From assembly GCA_016209015.1 (NCBI GenBank), contig JACQWY010000002.1:77622-141621 (forward strand): 64,000 nt of DNA, read 5' to 3'. Source of the DNA: Gammaproteobacteria bacterium. Lineage in GTDB: Bacteria; Pseudomonadota; Gammaproteobacteria; Ga0077536. How positions within the stretch are numbered: the stretch's first letter is position 1; each line of letters begins with the position of its first letter. Of the stretch, positions 55,891-62,489 are shown in pieces. The position numbers and the translations under genes were made by a program. The notes below the pieces were generated by a model. It searched no databases. It was not told the origin of the DNA and was given only the letters and a program-made list of their open reading frames with translations.

Positions 55891-56391
55891 ATGACATTCG
55901 AGAATCTGAAAGAGAATCTCAGCTCGCTGTGGGATTCGGTGGCCGAGGGCTGGCAGCACCTCGCGCAGTCCGCGAACAGTGCGCTGACGCGGTTCAAGCC
56001 CGGCGCCGAAATGCCGGACAAGCGCGAAGTGGACGATACGTGGTATCTGCCCACCCGCGGGTGGGCGATGCTCGGCGGCGATGTCTTCGAGGATACCGCC
56101 CGCATCGTGGTCCGCCTCGAAGTGCCGGGTCTGCAGAAGCAGGATCTCAGGCTCGAGATCGAAGACAACGCGCTCGTCGTCAGTGGTGAGAAACGCTTCG
56201 AGCGCGAGAGCACGCAGGGGCGCTGGCGCGTGATGCAATGCGCGTACGGCAGCTTCCGCCGCGTCGTGCCGCTGCCGGCGAGCGTCGCGCCCGAACAGGC
56301 GAAAGCGAGTTACCGGGAAGGCGTGTTGCGCGTGGAGATACCGAAGCTCCGGCAGGCCGCGCCCGAGGGCCGGACGATACCCATCGACTGA
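55891..56391 (+). CDS. Hsp20/alpha-crystallin small heat-shock protein (copy 3)
   Basis: ATG at 55891 is preceded by GCAGGAGG. IVVRLEVPGLQKQDLRLEIEDNALVVSGEKR...GSFRRVVPLP...ASYREGVLRVEIPK. Confidence 0.8.
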   Translation: MTFENLKENLSSLWDSVAEGWQHLAQSANSALTRFKPGAEMPDKREVDDTWYLPTRGWAMLGGDVFEDTARIVVRLEVPGLQKQDLRLEIEDNALVVSGEKRFERESTQGRWRVMQCAYGSFRRVVPLPASVAPEQAKASYREGVLRVEIPKLRQAAPEGRTIPID

Positions 56392-56518
56392 CTTTCGGCC
56401 GCCCCGGAACAGAGCCGGAGTCCGAATGCGTCGGACTCCGGCTCCGACCCGGCAGCGTGTGCCGTCTCCGTCGCTGCGCGATGCCGGGCTTCGGATGACG
56501 CCCGAGGAGCCGCGGCGA

Positions 56519-57358
56519 TCAGCTCCAGTCGTCGCCGCCGATGTCGCCGCCGCCGAGATCGCCGCCGTCGACGTAGCCCGAGTTGTCGCCCCAGGACGAG
56601 GAGTCGTTCACACCGAAATCCTGATCCTCCGGGACGCCGCGGTTCGCCTGCGTGAAGCCCGCCGGCCCGAAGCCCGCGCCGGGATCCGCGGTGCGGTTGC
56701 CGTCCATCACGCGATGCACGAGCGCCTCGCCCGCGGCGATACCCGCGCCCACGGCGAGCCCGCTCGCGAGGCTCGAGCCGAGACCCGGCCCCGAGCCGCC
56801 CATCGGCGCGGGACCGCCGCCGTACGGGCCTTGTGCATACGGGCCACCCTGGGCGCCGCCGTAGCCTGCCCCATAGGCTGTCGGAGGGTTCGCGGCGTTG
56901 CGGCGCGCGGACCTCGCCCGCACGACGAACATGACGAGCAGGAGGCCGCCGACCCCGAGCACGATCGGCATCAGCGAATGGCCGCCGCGCATGGCGCCGC
57001 CGTCCGCCACGGGCAGCGCCGCGGCGGTGCCGTTGATCATCTCGCGCAGATGGGCGACCGCGCTCGGCTTCGCGAACGTGAGGCCCGGGGCGAGCTTCTC
57101 CGCGGTGGCGAGCGCCTCGCGCGCCTCGTCGCGACGGCCTTCGCGCGCGAGCACCTCGGCATGCACGAAGTGTGCTTTCGCGCTGTCCGGATGCGCTTTC
57201 AACACTTCGCCCATCATCGTGTCCGCTTTACCGAGCTTGCCGGCCTCTACGGCTTCGAAGACCTCGTGCAGCGTGGGCTCCGCGGCGTAACCCGCGGTCG
57301 CGACGCCGCCGGCGAGCGCGAGGGCGAAGACCGTATTCCTGGCAATCTGTCTCAACAT
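56519..57358 (-). CDS. Hypothetical membrane-anchored protein: signal peptide, TPR-like helical domain, one TM helix and a Gly/Asp-rich disordered tail
   Basis: ORF track. MLRQIARNTVFALALAGGVATAGYA, then a helical region (AHFVHAEVLAREGRRDEAREALATAEKLAP), a TM helix (IVLGVGGLLLVMFVV), and a C-terminal GGxG/DG repeat region. Confidence 0.45.
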   Translation of the reverse strand: MLRQIARNTVFALALAGGVATAGYAAEPTLHEVFEAVEAGKLGKADTMMGEVLKAHPDSAKAHFVHAEVLAREGRRDEAREALATAEKLAPGLTFAKPSAVAHLREMINGTAAALPVADGGAMRGGHSLMPIVLGVGGLLLVMFVVRARSARRNAANPPTAYGAGYGGAQGGPYAQGPYGGGPAPMGGSGPGLGSSLASGLAVGAGIAAGEALVHRVMDGNRTADPGAGFGPAGFTQANRGVPEDQDFGVNDSSSWGDNSGYVDGGDLGGGDIGGDDWS

Positions 57359-57591
57359 GGCTGACTCCTGAGGTTCGTACGCCGGGATCGTTTCGAGTGC
57401 CGGCGGTGGCGGGGGTTCCGTCGCTGTGCAGTGTTTCCGGAGCTGCTCGAGCGAATCTGAAATCCGGGGCCGTCACGCGTCGGCCGGCAGACTACCACGC
57501 GCCGGCATATCCATATGACGGATCCGCAGGCGGCTTCACCGCGCATCGCTGATACTATGCCGCGCCTTCGAACCCGGACCCTCGTTGCCCC

Positions 57592-58386
57592 GTGATCACG
57601 ACGACTCTCATGAATCCCGCCGCGGGCTTTCTCGTCGGCACGCTCGTGGGCTTCACCGGCGTGGGCGGCGGCGCGCTGATGACGCCGATCCTCGTGCTGC
57701 TGTTCGGCGTCGTCCCGCACACCGCGGTGGGCACGGATCTGCTCATGGCGACGATCACGAAGACGGTCGGCAGCTCCGTGCACTGGTCGCGGGGCGCGGT
57801 CGACTGGCAGGTCGTGCGCAGGCTCTGGCTCGGCAGCCTGCCGGCCGCGGCGGCGACGCTCGTCTTCCTCCATCACGCCGAAACGGACAGCGCGCGCGTC
57901 TCGGCCATCATCCTGCCCATGCTCGGCGTCGCCCTGCTGCTCACGAGCCTCGGCGTGCTGTTCAAGCCCGCGCTGCACCGGCTCGGTAAACATCTCCGCT
58001 CGCATTTCACGGCGCGCTTCAAGCGCGCGCAGCCCGCGCTCACGGTGCTCGCAGGGGCGATCCTCGGCGTGCTCGTGACCCTGACCTCGGTCGGCGCCGG
58101 CGCGCTCGGGACGGTGATGCTCGTCTATCTCTATCCGTTCCGCATGCACGCGACGAAGCTCGTGGGGACGGACATCGCGCACGCCGTGCCGCTCACGCTC
58201 GTCGCGGGACTCGGCCATCTCGCGCTCGGCAACGTCGATCTCGCGCTGCTCGCGGGCCTGCTCGCGGGCTCGATACCGGGCATCGTGCTCGGCGCGCTGC
58301 TGAGCCACCGTGTCGATCCGGGCTGGGTGACGAAGGGAATCGCCGTCACGCTCGCGCTGATCGCGGCGAAGCTGCTGCTGAAGTGA
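57592..58386 (+). CDS. TSUP-family (TauE/SafE) sulfite/anion exporter
   Basis: 264 aa. Duplicated 4-TM halves with GxGGG-type motifs (FTGVGGGALMTPILV; TSVGAGALGTVMLV). Confidence 0.7.
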   Translation: MITTTLMNPAAGFLVGTLVGFTGVGGGALMTPILVLLFGVVPHTAVGTDLLMATITKTVGSSVHWSRGAVDWQVVRRLWLGSLPAAAATLVFLHHAETDSARVSAIILPMLGVALLLTSLGVLFKPALHRLGKHLRSHFTARFKRAQPALTVLAGAILGVLVTLTSVGAGALGTVMLVYLYPFRMHATKLVGTDIAHAVPLTLVAGLGHLALGNVDLALLAGLLAGSIPGIVLGALLSHRVDPGWVTKGIAVTLALIAAKLLLK

Positions 58387-58428
58387 GAGAGAACGCGCGG
58401 ACGCCGGACGGCGCCCGCGCGCAGGCCA

Positions 58429-59208
58429 TTACGGCTGGACGGGCGGGAGGTTCGCGCTCAGCGCGGAGACGTTGTCCGCACCGGCGATCGCGCACACCGG
58501 ATGCGAGAAGTCGTTCTGCAGGCTCGGCACCGCGACCTGACCCTGGTAATTGATGTTGTCGGGACGCGTGGCGTCCGCGCCGACGCCGCCCGGCACGTAG
58601 TCGAGCTTCAGGTTGTGACGCGTGCGCCAGGCGATGTTGTGGTCCGCGCAGGACGTGTCGCCCGAGACGCCGACGGCGCCGAGCAGCACCTTGCCCTTGC
58701 CGTAGAGCGCGAGGCCGCCGCCGAAGACGTTCACGCCGCCGATCTTCTCGCCGACCATGGGATCGTTCACCTGGCCATAGTTCTGCGACGGGCCCTTGTA
58801 GGCCGCGGCCGTGTTGACCGGGTTGCTCTCCTGCAGACCGAAGAGTGAGCCGCCGGGCTGCACCGCCGCCCACAGGTTCGCCGTCGACAGCGCGAGCCCC
58901 GGCAGGCTGAACGCGTTCGCGGTATTCGCCTTCTGGGCCGAAATCACGCGGCTGCCGGGCCATTCCGCGCCACGGTCCCCGCCGGTGAACGCGACCGCGC
59001 ACACGACCCCGTCACGGTTCACGACCGTGCCCCACATATCGAGATTGAAACCGCCGTTCGAGGCGTTGCGCGCGTCGATCAGTGCCTGCTCGAGCTGGGC
59101 CTGCGAGGGCAGACCCTTGCACGAGTTGTCGCTCGCGGCGTAGACGGCGCCGGACGCGGCCACGAGGCCGCCCATCCACACTGCCATGACGTGTTTGTTG
59201 TTCAGCAT
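58429..59208 (-). CDS. Secreted GlcG/HbpS-like (DUF336, heme-degrading-type) domain protein
   Basis: Start MLNNKHVMAVWMGGLVAASGAVYAA at 59208. The complement of ATG was verified, and AGGAGA lies upstream. GAVGVSGDT matches the family's GAIGVSGG loop. Size ~259 aa. Confidence 0.5.
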   Translation of the reverse strand: MLNNKHVMAVWMGGLVAASGAVYAASDNSCKGLPSQAQLEQALIDARNASNGGFNLDMWGTVVNRDGVVCAVAFTGGDRGAEWPGSRVISAQKANTANAFSLPGLALSTANLWAAVQPGGSLFGLQESNPVNTAAAYKGPSQNYGQVNDPMVGEKIGGVNVFGGGLALYGKGKVLLGAVGVSGDTSCADHNIAWRTRHNLKLDYVPGGVGADATRPDNINYQGQVAVPSLQNDFSHPVCAIAGADNVSALSANLPPVQP

Positions 59209-59614
59209 GGTTTGCTCTCCTGTTCGAGTTGGAATTCTTTTCTGGAACCCGATTGCCGAGCGAGTGCGGGCGCGTCGCGTCCTGCCGCCGTGTTCCGGTG
59301 TCCTGGAGATCGATGCTGGAAAGCTCGCATTGCCGCACCCACGAAGCAGGCGCACGGTAAACCCGTCCGCCGGGGAAGGGAAGCGCGCAGAAGCGACAGT
59401 GCTTCACGCGTCGTGACATTCGGCACCGTAGGGTCCAATCGGGTCGTGCGCGGGACGCCGTGTAAGCACTGCGTGTCGCGTCAGAACAAATTACACGCGC
59501 GCCGCCGCGTAATGCCGCTGCAGACCGGCGCTTTCCGCTGGCATGTGTATTGCCTCGTGCCATGCGACGTCCGCGCGGCGGACGCTTCCCTTCCATCATG
59601 CAGAGGTGAACACC

Positions 59615-59689
59615 ATGAACGGAATCATCTATCTCGTCGGGCTGGTCGTGGTGATCCTCGCGATCCTCTCGTTCCTCGGACTGCGCTGA
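59615..59689 (+). CDS. Unannotated 24-aa hydrophobic micro-protein (MNGIIYLVGLVVVILAILSFLGLR), DUF1328-like N-terminal pattern
   Basis: ATG at about 59615 is preceded by GAGGTG. The TGA stop is 2 nt before the ATG of the following membrane-protein gene. It is absent from the ORF track because it is shorter than 60 aa. Confidence 0.3.
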   Translation: MNGIIYLVGLVVVILAILSFLGLR

Positions 59690-59691
59690 TC

Positions 59692-60606
59692 ATGAGCAGC
59701 CAGACCCTGCCTCCGCGCAACGACGCGGTAATCACGCCACGTGGCGACGCGCCGCACGTCGATCTGCCCGCGATCATCGCGGGCGCATTGTTGAGCGCCG
59801 CGGTCGCCCTGTTGTTCACGACGTTCGGCTCCGGCATCGGTCTCTCGATGCTCTCGCCCTATCGCGGCGAAGGCACGTCGGGGACGATGTTCCTCGTCGC
59901 GTTCGGGCTGTGGACGATCTGGGTCGCGGTGTCGAGTGCGATGGCCGGCGGTTATCTCGCCGGCCGGCTGCGCCGGCGCACCGCGGACGCGACGCCCCAC
60001 GAAGTCGAGATCCGCGACGGCTTCCACGGTCTCGCGGTGTGGGCGCTCGCAGCGCTGATCGGCGCCTGGCTCGCCGCGGGCGCGACGGCAGGCGTCGCGA
60101 AAATGGGTGCGGGCGCCGCCCGTGGCGCGATGCACGCGGGCGCACAGGCCGCAGGACATCACGCCGGCGGTATGATGCGCGGCATGATGAGCGACATGCA
60201 GGGGATGACCGGGCAGGACGATTTCGGCGCGACGGCCGATCGTCTCGTGCGCGCGCCGCAGGACGGCTCGCCGCGCGAAGTCGCGCGCATCCTCTCGCAC
60301 AGTGCGGCAGCAGGCCAGCTCAGCGCGGAGGATCGCCAGTATCTCGTCGACGTCGTCGCCGCGCGCACGAACCGCACGCCCGAAGAGGCCGGTCAGATCG
60401 TCGATCGTGCCTTCACCGACGCCCAGCAGGCACTCGCCCACGCCCGGGATGCGGCCGAGAAGGCGCGCAAGGCGGGAATACTGTTCGCGTTCCTGACCGC
60501 CGCCTCGCTGCTCGCGGCCGGTGTCGGCGCCTGGTGGGCGGCGACGCGCGGCGGCCTGCATCGCGATCAGAACACGGACTTCAGCCGGCTCACGCGCTGG
60601 GCCTGA
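59692..60606 (+). CDS. Hypothetical inner-membrane protein with Gly/Ala/Met-rich central segment
   Basis: ATG at 59692 is in frame within ORF 59191..60606. Multiple TM helices. The stretch MHAGAQAAGHHAGGMMRGMMSDMQGM suggests possible metal binding. I recognise no family. Confidence 0.45.
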   Translation: MSSQTLPPRNDAVITPRGDAPHVDLPAIIAGALLSAAVALLFTTFGSGIGLSMLSPYRGEGTSGTMFLVAFGLWTIWVAVSSAMAGGYLAGRLRRRTADATPHEVEIRDGFHGLAVWALAALIGAWLAAGATAGVAKMGAGAARGAMHAGAQAAGHHAGGMMRGMMSDMQGMTGQDDFGATADRLVRAPQDGSPREVARILSHSAAAGQLSAEDRQYLVDVVAARTNRTPEEAGQIVDRAFTDAQQALAHARDAAEKARKAGILFAFLTAASLLAAGVGAWWAATRGGLHRDQNTDFSRLTRWA

Positions 60607-60609
60607 AGC

Positions 60610-61047
60610 GTGGCGAACCAGGGCACGCTCGTCGACGGCACGCACAGCGCGGCCGTCGGCTACGTGCTCTGGATCTTCGGCTTCATGGGCGCGCACCGTT
60701 TCTACTTCGGACGGCCGGTGAGCGGGACGATCTATTTCTTCACGCTCGGACTCTTCCTCATCGGCTGGATCGCGGATCTGTTCCTGATGCCGGGCCTCGA
60801 GGCCGCCGCGGATCAACGCTACGCCGCCGGCCGCTACAGCTTCACCCTGGCCTGGGTGCTGCTCATCTTCCTCGGGCTCTTCGGCGCCCACCGCTTCTAT
60901 CTCGGCAAATGGCTCACCGGCCTGCTCTGGCTCTGCACCGGCGGTCTCTTCCTCGCCGGGTGGCTCTATGATCTGTGGACGCTGAACGGGCAGGTCGATG
61001 CCCTGAATCGCGAGCACGGACGGACGCTGCGATATTCGAGTCTGTGA
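60610..61047 (+). CDS. TM2-domain membrane protein
   Basis: GTG start. A duplicated G.HRFY.G motif (GAHRFYFGRP; GAHRFYLGKW) is characteristic of TM2/NINE domains. Confidence 0.6.
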   Translation: MANQGTLVDGTHSAAVGYVLWIFGFMGAHRFYFGRPVSGTIYFFTLGLFLIGWIADLFLMPGLEAAADQRYAAGRYSFTLAWVLLIFLGLFGAHRFYLGKWLTGLLWLCTGGLFLAGWLYDLWTLNGQVDALNREHGRTLRYSSL

Positions 61048-61063
61048 TCTCTCCGATCAGCCG

Positions 61064-61306
61064 CAGGCGTAATCGGACGTTTCTTCGCGGGTTGCACGGC
61101 ATCGATCCCCTTACTCGCGGCCCGGGAACCGAAGAATTCATCCGATTACGCCGGCGCTAAGGAAGCTCTGAACAAGTTCAGAGCTTCCGGCGGCACAGGG
61201 ATGTGCCGCCGTGAACAGTGGCGTAAGCCATTGTTCACGTAAGGTTGGCAAGAACCACGCTTCTTGCCGACCGTGCTCTGAAAAGTCCAGGATGTCCAGG
61301 ATGGAC
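61064..61306. ncRNA. Candidate structured RNA / REP-array: six consecutive perfect or near-perfect hairpins filling a convergent intergenic region
   Basis: GGCGTAATCGGA...TCCGATTACGCC (61064-61140). GGAAGCTCTGAAC-AA-GTTCAGAGCTTCC (61161-61188). GGCGGCACA-GGGA-TGTGCCGCC (61189-61210). GTGAACAGTGGC-GTAA-GCCATTGTTCAC, with a GNRA loop and a G-U pair (61211-61238). GTTGGCAAGAA-CCACGC-TTCTTGCCGAC (61244-61271). GTCCAGGATGTCCAGGATGGAC (61285-61306). Local GC is reduced. Coding status of the two overlapping track ORFs is rejected. Confidence 0.3.
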
Positions 61307-61352
61307 TTATTGAGAGCTTCCCTAACGGTACCTACGAAGCGCTCATGGGACG

Positions 61353-61453
61353 TGCCGACGCAGGAGGCGCACCGATCGCGGGGCGACGTTCCGGAGATCC
61401 CTTCGTTCGGCGCTCTGGAAGCCGGGGTATGACCCCGGCGCCACACGCGTCAG
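61353..61453 (-). repeat. Copy 2 (reverse orientation) of the ~100-bp conserved element; contains hairpin GCCGGGGTCATACCCCGGC
   Basis: It shares three conserved blocks with 55711..55836. As in copy 1, it begins with the stop codon of the upstream minus-strand gene inside CTGACGCGTGTGG. Confidence 0.5.
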
Positions 61454-61884
61454 CCCCCGGCACCCGCACACGGCGGCACGACCGCGATCCCCACGGTGGC
61501 GAAGATCAACGCGAGCATGAAGCCCGCGCTCGCCATCATGCCGCACACCGCGAGGAAGCGCGTGCGGCCTTCGCCGGCATCGAGCAGGTGATGGGCGGAG
61601 CCGGCGGCTTCTTCGCGCGTCGCGCGCCAGCCGAGCCAGGCGACGACGAAGGCGGCGACGGTGACCGCGAGCGCCATGACGTCGACCGCGGCGAGCGCGC
61701 TGTGGAGCGTCCGGGCGTCGAGCGCGTAGCGCGCGCCGTTGCAGGTGACGCCGGTCACGGCATAGCTCGCGGTGAGCTGGAACGCCCAGGCGAGCGGTGC
61801 TGCGAAGAGACCGAAAGCGAGCGCGCCGCGGCCGTAACGTTCGCGATGCGGCGCAGGATGGGAGGAACCGAGCAGCGTGTTCAT
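61450..61884 (-). CDS. Small membrane protein (144 aa) downstream of coxIII; possible cytochrome oxidase accessory or subunit IV-like protein
   Basis: Start MNTLLGSS at 61884. The complement of ATG was verified. It lies 5 nt after the coxIII stop. Three predicted TM helices. I recognise no family. Confidence 0.4.
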   Translation of the reverse strand: MNTLLGSSHPAPHRERYGRGALAFGLFAAPLAWAFQLTASYAVTGVTCNGARYALDARTLHSALAAVDVMALAVTVAAFVVAWLGWRATREEAAGSAHHLLDAGEGRTRFLAVCGMMASAGFMLALIFATVGIAVVPPCAGAGG

Positions 61885-61889
61885 GGGTG

Positions 61890-62489
61890 TCACCCGAGGC
61901 GTGGGAGGAGATAGAACGTGGTGAAGACGGCGAGCCACACGGCGTCGACGAAATGCCAGTAGACGGCACTCACCGCGACGGGGACGGGCCGCGCGGGCCC
62001 GGCGCGGCCGCTCGCGAGCCACCAGGCGACGGCGGCGAGCATCACCCAGCCCGCGACGACGTGCGCCATGTGGAAGCCCGTGATCGTGAAGTACAGCGAG
62101 CCGTAGACGTGCGAGGCCGGCGTGAAGGATTTCTTGTGCCACTCGAGGAGCTGCACGGCGATGAAGACGGCACCGAACGCGAGCGTCGCGAGGAAGCCGC
62201 GCCGGCAGCCGCGCAGATCGCCGCGGCGCGACAGCCGGCGCTCGGCCCACCACACCGTCACGCTGCTCGCGAGCAGCACGAGAGTGTTCGGCAGCGCGAG
62301 CTTCAACTCGGGCGCACCGACCGGCGGCCACGGCGGCGGCGCCTGCGCCGCGATGTAGCCATAGGAGAACAGCAGGTAGGCGAACAGTGCGGCCTCGGTC
62401 GCGATCGTCGCGATCATGCCCCACCAGCCGGACGTGCGGTGGGGCTTGCGCTCCGCGCCGGCGAGGATTTCGGCGGGAATCGCGCTCAT
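61890..62489 (-). CDS. ctaE: Cytochrome c oxidase subunit III
   Basis: Start MSAIPAEIL from residue arithmetic. GSLYFTITGFHMAHVVAG, YWHFVDAVW and WLAVF are Cox3 signatures. The start overlaps the coxI stop (ATGA). Confidence 0.8.
   Translation of the reverse strand: MSAIPAEILAGAERKPHRTSGWWGMIATIATEAALFAYLLFSYGYIAAQAPPPWPPVGAPELKLALPNTLVLLASSVTVWWAERRLSRRGDLRGCRRGFLATLAFGAVFIAVQLLEWHKKSFTPASHVYGSLYFTITGFHMAHVVAGWVMLAAVAWWLASGRAGPARPVPVAVSAVYWHFVDAVWLAVFTTFYLLPRLG

Noticed and set aside
61138-61446. ORFs 61138..61446 (minus) and 61211..61432 (plus) in the hairpin-rich intergenic region
   Set aside because: The region consists of consecutive palindromes and a shared repeat element. The ORFs have no RBS and no recognisable protein features. 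I interpreted the region as structured RNA or a repeat array instead.
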